Assembly: GCA_905479635.1 (NCBI GenBank)
Contig: CAJQNG010000086.1
Coordinates: 134-64,133, forward strand
Length of the DNA stretch: 64,000 nucleotides
Reading direction: 5' to 3'
Source: an uncultured Boseongicola sp.
GTDB taxonomy: Bacteria; Pseudomonadota; Alphaproteobacteria; Rhodobacterales; Rhodobacteraceae
In this document: positions 29,202 through 39,283 of the stretch, in pieces
How the letters are laid out: each line of letters starts with the position of its first letter
Position numbering within the stretch: position 1 is the stretch's first letter
The notes under the pieces: generated by a model
The model's input: the letters and a program-made list of their open reading frames with translations, nothing else
What the model was told of the DNA's origin: nothing
Databases searched by the model: none
Translations under genes and position numbers: made by a program

Positions 29202-29632
29202 TCGCGTGGGCGGCGGCCTGTTTCGGCCTGGCGTTGTATTACGGCGCAGACGGCGGGGCCTTCCTGGTTGCGGGCCTGGCGCGGGCCCGTGGGCCTGGTC
29301 AACTGTGCATTGTCACGTCCTGGCTGCATCTGGGCCAGGTCTCATTGCCAGGCCATCGGGCGGCCTGGTCAACCATTTATTGAGGCCGCTTTGGGTCCTT
29401 CCTGGTCAAATCAGGCTGTCGCGGGGCGCGCAGTGCACAGGTCACAGGCGGCCCAAACGAGAATTTGACGAAAAGTGCGCTTTGCGACTGTGCAGAACAG
29501 ATTGTGCACATTGATATCAGGCGTGATTTCTTACACTTTTTGAGCAAGGCAAGGTACTTTCTTCACCTATCACTTTGAGTGTCTGTAATGAGCGTCTATG
29601 AAAGGGCTAGACCGATTGCCTAGCGGGGGGGA

Positions 29633-30421
29633 ATGCTGGTGGAGTTTGGGCTATCTGACAAGATTGTTATCGTCACGGGTGGTGCTGCAGGGATCGGCGC
29701 TGCAATTGTTGAGATGCTTGCAGCGCAAAGGGCTATTCCTGTCATTCTGGACAAGACCGGGCCGCATCCGGACACCCTCGAATGTCTGCTGCCACAATCA
29801 CCTGTCGCCGATTGGATTACGGTCGATCTCACAATTGACGATCAGTGCCGCGCTGCAGTGAGCGAAGTGTTGGAGCGCCACGGAAAAATCGATGCGCTGG
29901 TCAACAACGCGGGCATCAATGATGCCGTGGGCCTAGATGCCGGTCCGATGGAATTCCGCAATTCACTCGAACGCAATTTGGTTCACTACTACACAATGGC
30001 GCATCTCTGTGTTCCAGAAATCAAGCGCCAACGTGGATCGATCGTCAACATATCCTCGAAGGTCGCACTTACCGGACAAGGGGGAACTTCGGCTTATGCT
30101 GCCGCCAAAGGCGGTATACTAGGGCTGACGCGGGAATGGGCTGCCGAGCTTGCGCGCGATGGTGTCCGGGTGAATGCGGTGGTTCCGGGAGAAACCATGA
30201 CGCCCATGTATCAGGCATGGCTTTCTGGTTTTGACAGTCCGGACGAAAAATTGGCAGGGATTGTCAGGAACATTCCGCTTTCAAAACGAATGACCAAACC
30301 GGCCGAAATCGCCGCGTCCGTTGTTTTTCTCCTGTCAGACTGGGCTGGTCATATGACAGGGCAGTCACTGGTCGTGGATGGCGGATACAGTGACTTAGAT
30401 CGAGCATTGACCAGCACCTGA
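29633..30421 (+). CDS. Short-chain dehydrogenase (L-fucose dehydrogenase-like)
   Basis: TGGAAGIG, NNAGIND, SLERNLVHYY, YAAAK. Confidence 0.85.
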   Translation: MLVEFGLSDKIVIVTGGAAGIGAAIVEMLAAQRAIPVILDKTGPHPDTLECLLPQSPVADWITVDLTIDDQCRAAVSEVLERHGKIDALVNNAGINDAVGLDAGPMEFRNSLERNLVHYYTMAHLCVPEIKRQRGSIVNISSKVALTGQGGTSAYAAAKGGILGLTREWAAELARDGVRVNAVVPGETMTPMYQAWLSGFDSPDEKLAGIVRNIPLSKRMTKPAEIAASVVFLLSDWAGHMTGQSLVVDGGYSDLDRALTST

Positions 30422-30444
30422 AGTTCTCACTGAAAGGATCTTCC

Positions 30445-31191
30445 ATGCGCTATGAACTGATGCTTCCCCACCAGATCAGGACGGCGATTGATGGCAATTG
30501 GCCGGTCGTTCTGCCCCTAGGTGTTCTCGAATACCACGGTGAACATCTGCCGGTTGGACTGGACACGCTGGTTGTAATCAAGTTGCTGGAGGCGTTGGAA
30601 CCAGAGATGGATATGGTCCTGTTGCCTCCTTTTTATTACGGAGCTGCCAGCTATGCCGTCGCCGGACCGGAAAGAACCGGAACGCTGCATGTCGGCGCAA
30701 ACACTTTGTACCCCCTTGCGCAAGAAATGTTTACCGGCTTGCTGCGTATCGGTTTTCGCAACATTCATTTCTTCGTTCACCATCAGACGGAGAATTTCGC
30801 AGCGGGAATGCCGACCGATCTTGCCTTCAAATTCGGCGGGCGCGAGGCAATCTTTGCCTTTCTGGAAGCCAATCGGGGCGAGGGCTGGTGGGGCAATGGC
30901 GACATGGATCAGTATTACGACCAACAATCCAGCGGCGACGACCCATTTAACTGGATCAAAGGTCATCCCTTGATGACGCCTCAGATCATCGCTGAGTTTC
31001 CCTTCGACCATGCCGGACTAGGCGAGACATCGCTCCTGTTGGCCCTTTGCCCTGACACGGTCGAAATGGAAAACCTGTCACGCGATCACTGGTATACAGC
31101 CAGCGCCTCTGCCGCGACGCGGGAACTCGGCGAAAAAGGACGGAGTCTGATTCTTGCACATATGCGGCACGTACTTCGCCCATCATTATAG
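30445..31191 (+). CDS. Creatininase family amidohydrolase
   Basis: LPLGVLEYHGEHLPVGLD and DHAGLGETS. Confidence 0.85.
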   Translation: MRYELMLPHQIRTAIDGNWPVVLPLGVLEYHGEHLPVGLDTLVVIKLLEALEPEMDMVLLPPFYYGAASYAVAGPERTGTLHVGANTLYPLAQEMFTGLLRIGFRNIHFFVHHQTENFAAGMPTDLAFKFGGREAIFAFLEANRGEGWWGNGDMDQYYDQQSSGDDPFNWIKGHPLMTPQIIAEFPFDHAGLGETSLLLALCPDTVEMENLSRDHWYTASASAATRELGEKGRSLILAHMRHVLRPSL

Positions 31192-31210
31192 GGTCAAAAA
31201 AGGCTGCTGA

Positions 31211-31760
31211 GGCACTGTCACATTAGATCGACGATCGGTCCAACGACGGGTATTTTTTGTTGAATGCGCAAAATATCCTACACACGTCACCGATTTCCGC
31301 CCGCAATCATCCAACGGGCCGTCTGGCTCTATTTTCGCTTTCCACTGAGTTCTCGTGACGAGGAGGAAATGCTTGCGGAACGTAGCATTGATGTAAGTTA
31401 TCAACCGATCCGCCGATGGATTTTGAAGTTCGGCCCGGCGATCGCAACCAGGCTACGATCCCGCCGCGTTGAGCCGTCAGGAACCTGGCATTTTGATAAA
31501 GTCTTTGTCCGCATTGGTGTATCTGTGGCGGGCCGTAGACGATGAAGGCGAGGTTTTTGAGGTGCTGGCGCAGTCGCGTCGCAACAAGTGTACGGCCCCT
31601 AAATTTATGCGGAAACTCCTGAAAAAGCAGGGATGCATTCCAGATAAATTTGTCACCGGCAAGCTGGGGTCTTATTCTGCGGCGCTTTGCGAACTTGGGT
31701 TGGCTCAGCTTCATATCGCAGGTGGTGGGTTGAACACTCGGGCCGAAGTTTCGCATCCAT
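31211..31760 (+). mobile_element. Truncated IS6-family element with frameshifted transposase
   Basis: GGCACTGTCAC left end at 31211; HRFPPAIIQRAVWLYFRF...WHFD then frameshift to YLWRAVDDEGEV...NTRAEVSH; C-terminus and right end missing. Confidence 0.85.
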
Positions 31761-31839
31761 TGCCCGGCAGTGGTTTGTTTGCAAAACCATGCGAGGGGGC
31801 CGAACTTCGGTTGCCCGTCTGAAATCGACGCGCCAAATT

Positions 31840-32499
31840 CTAATTGGAAGTTCTGTCAAAAACCTCGTTCAGTTGAGCGCTAATGATGTCAATATCGCCC
31901 ATCGCATTGATGCGTTTAAGCAGACCTTTGTCAGAATAATAGACGGTTAGCGGAGATGTCTCGGCATGATAAGTTTTCAACCGCTCTGAGACGGTTGCTG
32001 CGTCGTCATCAACTCGCCGCTTGAATTTTGTCTCTCCGCAATTGTCGCAAACGCCCGGTTTAGCCGGTACCTTATGAAGGTCGTGGTACCCCTCTCCGCA
32101 GCCCGCACAGGTATAGCGGCCAGAAATTCGCTCGATTACTGCCGAATCGGGCACCTCCAGTAAGACAACGGAATCAAGCTTCATTTCCTTGTCTTTTAGG
32201 AGGTCATCCAGCGCCTCAGCCTGAATCACGGTGCGGGGAAATCCATCAAAGATCACGCCGGCCGCAACATCAGGTTGATCCAGGCGATCATTGACAATCG
32301 CAATTACAATCTCGTCTGAGACCAGATCACCAGCTGCCATCACCTGCTTTGCAGCCTTGCCTGCCTGTGTTCCCTTGGCGACAGCCTCACGCAGCAAGTC
32401 CCCAGTAGAAAGCTGAATCAGCCCTTTGCTCTCCATCAACATGCGGGCCTGTGTACCCTTACCAGCACCTGGAGGCCCGAGCAGGATCAAATTTGTCAT
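31840..32499 (-). CDS. adk: Adenylate kinase with Zn-type LID
   Basis: LLGPPGAGKGTQ, STGDLLR, FDGFPRT, LID CAGC...CDNC. Confidence 0.93.
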   Translation of the reverse strand: MTNLILLGPPGAGKGTQARMLMESKGLIQLSTGDLLREAVAKGTQAGKAAKQVMAAGDLVSDEIVIAIVNDRLDQPDVAAGVIFDGFPRTVIQAEALDDLLKDKEMKLDSVVLLEVPDSAVIERISGRYTCAGCGEGYHDLHKVPAKPGVCDNCGETKFKRRVDDDAATVSERLKTYHAETSPLTVYYSDKGLLKRINAMGDIDIISAQLNEVFDRTSN

Positions 32500-32604
32500 T
32501 CTTAAAGCTCTTTCTATTTTGGTGTCACATGGTCATTAGGACTTCAGGCTATCGACCAATATATCTGTAATCCCCCAATTTTTTGTTGGGTTTGGTCGAA
32601 GACT

Positions 32605-32770
32605 TTATGCAGATATTTTCTGTTTTTGGGCAGGTATTCTGCTACCGATATTTATGTTGGAGCGCTCGTTGTTGTAAGTCCATAGCCAATCTGCAGCCTG
32701 TTCCAGTGCCTCTTCGATGGTTTCAAAGCTGTATTGCCTGAACCATTCATTGAGACAGATTCGGACGGTT
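32605..32770 (-). pseudogene. IS3-family transposase C-terminal remnant
   Basis: EWFRQYSFETIEEA...WLWTYNNERSN...PAQK integrase-core tail. Confidence 0.7.
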
Positions 32771-32959
32771 TCAGAAACATCACCTGACTGGGAGTCAGGG
32801 CGTTCAACACCTCCAGCTCCATCAGATAAATCTGCCAATTCCATCGAATGATAAGGCCCCACAATTTGGTGCTGTCGGGTGTGAATACGCCGTTTAAGCA
32901 AGGTTTGATTTGAGCGGATAGCCATCACTGCGGAGCGCGGTCGTGTGTCCAGCCTGTTG

Positions 32960-33117
32960 GCGCGGTTTGTGAATTCGCTGGCACTGATTAAGTCCGCGTA
33001 TCGGCGCCCAATCAGACGAACGCGCTTTAACGCCCTGACAGCATCTCGGGGTGTCCCGGCACCCGTGGCACCGCCGCCGTTGCTGATTACATCGTAACTA
33101 CCGCACTTCGTCTTCAA
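32960..33117 (-). pseudogene. Remnant of FAD-dependent glycerol-3-phosphate dehydrogenase-like N-terminus
   Basis: YDVISNGGGATGAGTPRD resembles the GlpA/GlpD dinucleotide motif; TTGA-coupled to the upstream gene; left boundary approximate. Confidence 0.45.
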
Positions 33118-34130
33118 AGCTTCAACCCCAGAAGTTCGACAGCGTTGTCCTGGTAGATTTTGCAGCGCAACGTTTCCGAAATATCCAAGCGATCCAGAAT
33201 ATCGATCGTATCACGAATATACATGGGCCCGCCCTCAGGATCGAACGGCGCATCGGACGCAAACAGCACGCGGTTCTCTCCGAAAAATTCGATCGCATGT
33301 TCAATCGCTTTTTGCGACCCGAAGCTGGCAGTGTCAGCGTAGTATTCTTTGAAGTATTCCAGATGGGGACGCTTCAACGCCTTAAGGACCTTCTTGAGGT
33401 CCTTATCCGTCGTGCGCGCCCCCATCTGGTCCCATCCGGCACCGACACGGCCCTCAAAAAATGGCACCATTCCACCTGCATGATGGGTGATGATCTTCAA
33501 GGCGGGGTGCCTGTCAAACATGCCGGAAAAGACCAGACGTGCCATGGCGGCCGATGTCTCGTATGGCCACCCGAAGGTCCACCAGATTTCGTATTCTGAC
33601 TGGTCTTCCTCCAGATAATCCGTAAAATTTGCGCCACGCGACGGGTGCATCCAGACGGGCTTGCCGGTGCTGGCCATATACTCAAAAAATGGCTCGAACT
33701 CTGGTCGGTCCAATGGCTTGCCCGATACGTTCGTGTAGATTTGCATGCCGACCGCACCGAGATCTTCGATATTTCGGCGCGCATCTGCAACCAACGCATC
33801 CGGATTAGACATGACTGCTGTTCCGATGAAACCGGGAAAACGGTTGGGGTATTTCTGGCACAATTCAGCCATACTGTTAGACGCAATTGTCGCAAGTTCC
33901 AGAGCCTTGGAGGGGTCCGCGTATTTTTCGTAAGGCGGGGACGCGATGGACAGGATTTGGCAGTAGTCCGGCCCGAACATATCCATGACTTCGAAGCGCC
34001 GATCAAGATCGGTCATCATAGGGACGGCTTCCGAGCGACGGGTAATGTCTGTTGTATGGCCCAAATGCGCGATCAAGGCGTCGTGGAAGGGCTTTGGCCA
34101 GATGTGGGTGAACACGTCAATTTTTTTCAT
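33114..34130 (-). CDS. Amidohydrolase_2 family protein (non-oxidative decarboxylase/hydratase-like)
   Basis: IDVFTH, WMHP, FGWPYETS, HHAGGMVPF, FASDAPF; start moved to MKKID. Confidence 0.85.
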   Translation of the reverse strand: MKKIDVFTHIWPKPFHDALIAHLGHTTDITRRSEAVPMMTDLDRRFEVMDMFGPDYCQILSIASPPYEKYADPSKALELATIASNSMAELCQKYPNRFPGFIGTAVMSNPDALVADARRNIEDLGAVGMQIYTNVSGKPLDRPEFEPFFEYMASTGKPVWMHPSRGANFTDYLEEDQSEYEIWWTFGWPYETSAAMARLVFSGMFDRHPALKIITHHAGGMVPFFEGRVGAGWDQMGARTTDKDLKKVLKALKRPHLEYFKEYYADTASFGSQKAIEHAIEFFGENRVLFASDAPFDPEGGPMYIRDTIDILDRLDISETLRCKIYQDNAVELLGLKL

Positions 34131-34190
34131 TTGGTTTCCAATATGGTTATGCGCTTCGTCGGTTTTTTCTTCATCAGTAAGGGTTTCTGA

Positions 34191-34295
34191 AAGGGTTCGC
34201 GCCAATTCGCCCACAAGGTAGCGCCGGACACATTCGACAAGCTGGTACTTGGGCTGCTAATCGTCGTGATGATCAAACTGATCTTTTTCCGAATA
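34191..34295 (+). pseudogene. Possible TauE/SafE-type membrane protein C-terminal remnant
   Basis: Hand translation GSRQFAHKVAPDTFDKLVLGLLIVVMIKLIF with no start. Confidence 0.35.
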
Positions 34296-34305
34296 CCTGA
34301 CCCCG

Positions 34306-35928
34306 TTACCATTGTGGGAAGCGTCCCGTGACACGGGCGGCCAGCTCAACAGGATCATCGGGACCAGAACTGCCGCGCCAAGCGATATGAAGATCGGGAC
34401 GAAGCAGAAACAGGTCACGCCCGTAAAGCCTTCGCAGCCGCACATCGTCGATTAATCGGTATTGCACAGGGGCACCAACCGCACGCAATGCCGTGACCAA
34501 TTCTTGTCCGACCGATGGGTCTGCGTTGAAACTCACCACAGAGTAAGCGCGCTCGAACCCGTCCAATACCGATATGTTAGGTGCCAACCATGCGTGCGGG
34601 AATCGCACACCGGGCCAGGCGGTCGGGTCGTAGGTGCGAAACAAATGTTCAGGGCCGCCGGGTTCTTCGGCGATCACAGGGCTGCCGACATAGCGATACC
34701 CAAGCTCTGCACCGATCATTTCGTTCGTCTTGCGTTGTTCTTCCTCGGCTACGCGGACGAATTTGGCACGTGCCGCACAGTGATGCGCACTGGCGTGATC
34801 CAATTCAGGCGTCCACATCGACCGCCATTTGCGTCGACCGCTCGATGCATAGCGGGATGCGCCTATATTGCGATCCCCGACCTGTCTGCGCTCGACTTCG
34901 TAGGATGCCAAAAGCGCAGGACCGCCCCAACCGTGCAGCGTGGCGGCAAGTTTCCATGAAAGATCAATCGCGTCACCAATCCCGGTGTTCATCCCAAGCC
35001 CACCCGTCGGGATCACAAGATGCGCAGAATCCCCGGCCAGGAACACACGTCCAGTGCCGTACTTGTCGGCGAGTAAAAGGTTTTGCTTCCATTCACCAAC
35101 ATACAGCATCTCGTAGTCAATGGGCTGGCCGACAACCTTTTCGAACTGCGCGGCCATTGCAGCATCATTCTCGACAACCGCGTGAAGGGTCCAATGTCGT
35201 GTCGAATCCTGCATGATCAGGAAAGAGCTCGCATCGTCCGCTACATGATAATGTCGGCCCTGCCCTGGCCCATCACCTATCGGCAACCTGTCAAACAAAT
35301 CATCGCACCGAAAGAGCGCCTGACGCATTCGTGCGATATTGCCTTCGCCCGTAAGTTTGATCCCAAGAGCATGTCGAACAGGGCTTGCGCCACCATCGCA
35401 TCCCGCGAGGTAATCGACACGAATGTCTTCCACTTGCCCCGCCCTGCGAAGTTTAGCCGTCACACCTTTTGCATCCTGCGCAAAGCTGTCGAATTCACAA
35501 CCGTAGGCAATCTCGACGGTCGGAAGGCTTTGGGTTATCTCCAACAAGAGCGGCTCTAGCGTGTATTGAGAGATCAGCTGATACGGCTCAGCTGGCTGGG
35601 AGGTATCCTCGCACACCGCGATGTCCGCGCGGGCTTCATCGACCGAAGGATACTCCAAACGAAGCCACGGCGCCTCGCGCATCGACCGGATAACGAAGAC
35701 ATCCATCGAGACATCAGAACGCAAACCCGCAGCGCGCACACGCTCGACAATGCCCATCCGCCTGAAGATTTCCATCGTCCGGGCATTGCACCGTTCCATT
35801 TTGGGCAGGAACTCTGGACCAGGCTTTTTGTCGATTAAAAGGCAATGGATGCCCTGCTGGCCAAGATCAATGGCAAGCGTCAACCCAACGGGTCCCGCGC
35901 CGACAATCAGCACTTGCGTTTTGCGCAA
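34306..35928 (-). CDS. FAD-dependent aromatic monooxygenase (PheA/TfdB family)
   Basis: VGAGPVG, GCDGGAS, FLAGDSAH..PTGGLGMNTG, YEVERR, LLRPDLHIAWR. Confidence 0.9.
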   Translation of the reverse strand: MRKTQVLIVGAGPVGLTLAIDLGQQGIHCLLIDKKPGPEFLPKMERCNARTMEIFRRMGIVERVRAAGLRSDVSMDVFVIRSMREAPWLRLEYPSVDEARADIAVCEDTSQPAEPYQLISQYTLEPLLLEITQSLPTVEIAYGCEFDSFAQDAKGVTAKLRRAGQVEDIRVDYLAGCDGGASPVRHALGIKLTGEGNIARMRQALFRCDDLFDRLPIGDGPGQGRHYHVADDASSFLIMQDSTRHWTLHAVVENDAAMAAQFEKVVGQPIDYEMLYVGEWKQNLLLADKYGTGRVFLAGDSAHLVIPTGGLGMNTGIGDAIDLSWKLAATLHGWGGPALLASYEVERRQVGDRNIGASRYASSGRRKWRSMWTPELDHASAHHCAARAKFVRVAEEEQRKTNEMIGAELGYRYVGSPVIAEEPGGPEHLFRTYDPTAWPGVRFPHAWLAPNISVLDGFERAYSVVSFNADPSVGQELVTALRAVGAPVQYRLIDDVRLRRLYGRDLFLLRPDLHIAWRGSSGPDDPVELAARVTGRFPQW

Positions 35929-36001
35929 ACCAATCTCCTCCTAGCTAACTATTTTTAAGCATAGACGGTGTCAGATTTGGTTCAAAACGACTTCGCGCCG
36001 C

Positions 36002-36026
36002 GTTCCTTTAGGTGGAACACCGTTCT
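36002..36026. promoter_or_regulatory. Putative IclR operator, site 1
   Basis: GTTCC-TTTAGGT-GGAAC-ACC-GTTCT. Confidence 0.7.
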
Positions 36027-36083
36027 GGAATGGCTTTTACGAAACCGACGCCGCTCCTAAGCTTGCTAAGCGAGGAGAAATGC

Positions 36084-36818
36084 ATGACTGAGCATAAAGC
36101 ACTTTTGAGCGACCTTGTGGTCGCAAGTCGAATTCTGGCAAACGAAGGTATATGCGATGCCTTCGGTCATATCAGCGTACGCCACCCCGAAAACCCAGAG
36201 CGGTTTTTCCTGGCGAGGGCGGTCGCACCGGAGCTGGTGACGATCGAGGATATCGTTGAGTTCAACCTCGACGGGACGGCCGTCTGCGATGACCGCAAAC
36301 CGTTTCTTGAACGTTTTATTCACGGTACCCTGATGGCCGCCCGGCCCGATGTTCAATCGGTGGTTCACAGCCATTCGCGAGGTGTGATCCCGTTTGGGAT
36401 TACGGATACACCCATCCGTCCGCTGCTGCATTCGTGTGGCGTCTTGGGTCATGAAGTTCCTATCTGGGACGCCGGTGATGTTTTTGGGGACACCAATCTG
36501 CTAATCTCGAGCAACGACATGGGTAACGACTTCGCCGTCAAGCTCGGCGACGGGCGTGCGGCATTGATGCGCGGCCATGGATCAACGGTCGTAGGGCGTT
36601 CGATCCGCGAAGCGGTCTATACGGCGATCTATCTGGACGTAAATGCACAATTGCAGGCTACCGCGATGCAGCTTGGAACGGTTAAGTATCTTACCGAAGG
36701 CGAAATAGATCTGATCCAATCGCGCTTGGGCGACGCCAAGCCCGGCGAAGGCTACGATAGGACCTGGCAATATTGGGCGCGGCGTGCCGGCTTTGGGTCC
36801 GACGCACCTGTACCCTAG
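36084..36818 (+). CDS. Class II aldolase/adducin family protein (decarboxylase-like)
   Basis: DAFGHISVR, ERFIH, VVHSHS, LMRGHG; start moved to ATG after GAGGAG. Confidence 0.87.
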   Translation: MTEHKALLSDLVVASRILANEGICDAFGHISVRHPENPERFFLARAVAPELVTIEDIVEFNLDGTAVCDDRKPFLERFIHGTLMAARPDVQSVVHSHSRGVIPFGITDTPIRPLLHSCGVLGHEVPIWDAGDVFGDTNLLISSNDMGNDFAVKLGDGRAALMRGHGSTVVGRSIREAVYTAIYLDVNAQLQATAMQLGTVKYLTEGEIDLIQSRLGDAKPGEGYDRTWQYWARRAGFGSDAPVP

Positions 36819-36823
36819 CAGCG

Positions 36824-38056
36824 ATGGCCGTTGGTTCCCGGACCCGGGCCGGTTTTGCTTCTCTCAAGATTGCAGGCTTTCGTAACTATTTTTTCGCGCT
36901 CATCTTTATTGGCTTCGCTGTTCAAATCCAAACCGTCGCTGTCGGTTGGCAGGTTTACGACCTGACGCGCGATCCGTTCGATCTTGGGCTGATTGGCCTG
37001 TCACAATTCGCGCCCGCATTGCTGTTGGTGTTTGTGACCGGAACAGTCGCAGACCGATTTCCGCGCCGCATCATCATTGGTATCAGCTTGGTGGCAATGG
37101 CTGCAGGCGCCGCTGGCCTGTTGTTCCAAACGGCTAGCGGCGACCCGCAGGTCGGCTACATATTAATGCTGATGGCGGTGTTTGGAACTGCGCGGGCATT
37201 CTACAATCCCGCACGCCAATCCATTGTCCCCAATCTAGTGCCCAAAAAGGACCTCGCCAACGCAATTGCAACCACGTCAAGCGGGGCGCAGATCGCAACA
37301 ATCTGTGGCCCTGTCGCGGGCGGATTGCTTTATGGACTGCACCCGTATGCCGCTTACGGCACGACGGTTGTGCTGTTCCTTATCGCATCTATCTTGATTC
37401 TAAGCCTTCCAAGACTGACTCAGGATTTGTCCAAGCGGGTCAATGATTGGGAAACCTTGAGCGCGGGGTTCCGCTATATCTGGGACCAGAAGGTCATCTT
37501 GGGGGCTATTTCGCTTGATTTGTTTGCGGTAATTCTTGGCGGCGCAACCGCCTTGCTCCCAGTTTTCGCGCGAGACGTCTTGGACATCGGCCCAACAGGA
37601 CTGGGCCTTTTGCGTGCAGCCCCCGCGATTGGCGCGATTTCAGTCGGTCTTTATTTGATGGCCAATCCAATCAGTAACTATGCGGGCCGAGCAATGTTTA
37701 CCGCTGTCGCAATCTTTGGCACTTTCACAACCGTCTTTGCGCTGTCGGAAACTGTTTGGCTGTCTATCGCCGCGTTGGTCGTTCTGGGTGGCGCGGATAT
37801 GGTCAGCGTCTTGGTACGAAGCACGCTGATCCAGATATGGACGCCCGACGAATTGAGAGGGCGGGTCAATGCAGTCAATCAGGTCTTTATTGGCGCATCC
37901 AACGAGGTGGGCGCGTTCCGAGCTGGGTCTTTTGCCGCAGTTATGGGGCCGGTCACGGCAGTTTTGATCGGGGGTATCGGCACTTTGGCCGTGGCCGGAA
38001 TTTGGGCCAGAAGATTCCCCGAGCTTGCGCGCATCAGGAGGTTGGACGGCACATGA
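36824..38056 (+). CDS. MFS transporter (DHA3/EntS-like)
   Basis: GWQVYDLT, GTVADRFPRR, ISLDLFAV, TPDELRGRV. Confidence 0.87.
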   Translation: MAVGSRTRAGFASLKIAGFRNYFFALIFIGFAVQIQTVAVGWQVYDLTRDPFDLGLIGLSQFAPALLLVFVTGTVADRFPRRIIIGISLVAMAAGAAGLLFQTASGDPQVGYILMLMAVFGTARAFYNPARQSIVPNLVPKKDLANAIATTSSGAQIATICGPVAGGLLYGLHPYAAYGTTVVLFLIASILILSLPRLTQDLSKRVNDWETLSAGFRYIWDQKVILGAISLDLFAVILGGATALLPVFARDVLDIGPTGLGLLRAAPAIGAISVGLYLMANPISNYAGRAMFTAVAIFGTFTTVFALSETVWLSIAALVVLGGADMVSVLVRSTLIQIWTPDELRGRVNAVNQVFIGASNEVGAFRAGSFAAVMGPVTAVLIGGIGTLAVAGIWARRFPELARIRRLDGT

Positions 38057-38105
38057 CCCGCACCAACCAAATGGAATCTCGATAGTGCCAGGGTATTTGG
38101 GTGAA

Positions 38106-38990
38106 ATGCTTGCCGCATTATCCGCGCTATGCTTTGCGATGCTAAACATCGTGATTGCAGGAACCGCGGGGTCACGGGGCGACAAGGGCGTGCTTTTTTC
38201 AGTGATCGTCACTATCGGATTTTCCTTTGCGTTATTCTTGGCGCTAGAGGCCGGGCGCATCAACATCTCGGCCACGCGAGACACCGCTAAGGGTATCGGA
38301 TCCTTCGCATTTGCAGGCATCGCGGCCATGGTGTTTGGACGCACGCTGGTTTTTGATTCAATCCGACGCCTTGGGGCTACGCGCGCATCCGCAGTAAAAC
38401 GGCTCAACCCATTTTTCTCAGTCTTGCTTGCAGCGATTTTCCTGTCAGAACCGGTGACGCTCTTTGATCTTGCCGGACTTATCGTGATTGCGTTGGCCTT
38501 CACGCTCCTGATCCAAGACAGTTTTCGCAAAAGCCGGGACGGCAACGACACTGCCGCGCCGATGGCCTATCTGATCGGGACCGGGGCGGCCCTTGCATAC
38601 GCCGTATCCTACATCGGCAGAAAAGCCGGGCTGAATTTCATGGATGCCCCGGCGCTGGGAACATTCATCAGCGCGCTGTCTGGCTTTCTCGGATTTGTTG
38701 TTCTCGCAACCTTTTCAGAGAACTATAGGCCAATGTTCCGAAACCTTTTTCAGAATATTGATCGGCATGTGATGGCGGCAGCGGTCCTGGTCTCACTTGG
38801 TCAGGTCTTGATGTTTGCGGCCTTGGCCCATGAGAAAGTCTCAACCGTGGTGATGATCTCATCACTCGAAATCTTCTTTTCGATCTTCTTGTCCACGCTC
38901 GTCTTCCGGATCGAGAAGCGACCGAGACCGGTAATTCTTGTGGCTGCGGCCCTCGCAATCATTGGCGTCGCTCTTGTTGCGTCGGCATAA
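38106..38990 (+). CDS. DMT/EamA family transporter
   Basis: About 10 hydrophobic segments, LAAIFLSEP; start uncertain. Confidence 0.8.
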   Translation: MLAALSALCFAMLNIVIAGTAGSRGDKGVLFSVIVTIGFSFALFLALEAGRINISATRDTAKGIGSFAFAGIAAMVFGRTLVFDSIRRLGATRASAVKRLNPFFSVLLAAIFLSEPVTLFDLAGLIVIALAFTLLIQDSFRKSRDGNDTAAPMAYLIGTGAALAYAVSYIGRKAGLNFMDAPALGTFISALSGFLGFVVLATFSENYRPMFRNLFQNIDRHVMAAAVLVSLGQVLMFAALAHEKVSTVVMISSLEIFFSIFLSTLVFRIEKRPRPVILVAAALAIIGVALVASA

Positions 38991-39006
38991 TTCACACTCT
39001 AGGCGT

Positions 39007-39031
39007 GTTCCCGCATGCGGAACGCCGTCCC
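39007..39031. promoter_or_regulatory. Putative IclR operator, site 2
   Basis: GTTCC-CGCATGC-GGAAC-GCC-GTCCC upstream of tctC. Confidence 0.68.
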
Positions 39032-39283
39032 ATTGACTGAAAATCTGGACGCGCCTAGCATCTTCACCGGGAGAATAGGACCGTGCGGGAACAAGTCTGC
39101 GTTTTGGCGCGATAAAAAGGCTTGGAAGATCAGAAATGGCGGTTCATTCTTAGAATAATTTCGGCTTCAAACGGTTGGAGCGTGCGATGCATGCGCGATT
39201 TAGGAGCCCAAATAAGAAGCAGCGCTAAAAACTCGGAGGAGTTGTAGCGCTGGTAAGTTGGAAAATAGACTCTGGGAGGAAAC

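Noticed and set aside
29290-29412. Three copies of CCTGGTCAA
   Set aside because: Short and irregularly spaced in decayed coding-like DNA; not a CRISPR or iteron array
32605-33117. 170-aa ORF as an intact gene
   Set aside because: Reads as a fusion of unrelated degenerate fragments
33114-36818. Vitamin B6 degradation pathway (class II aldolase-type decarboxylase + flavin monooxygenase + alpha/beta hydrolase)
   Set aside because: Only family-level resemblance; pyridoxine oxidase and lactonase not seen, and the monooxygenase is the long PheA/TfdB type
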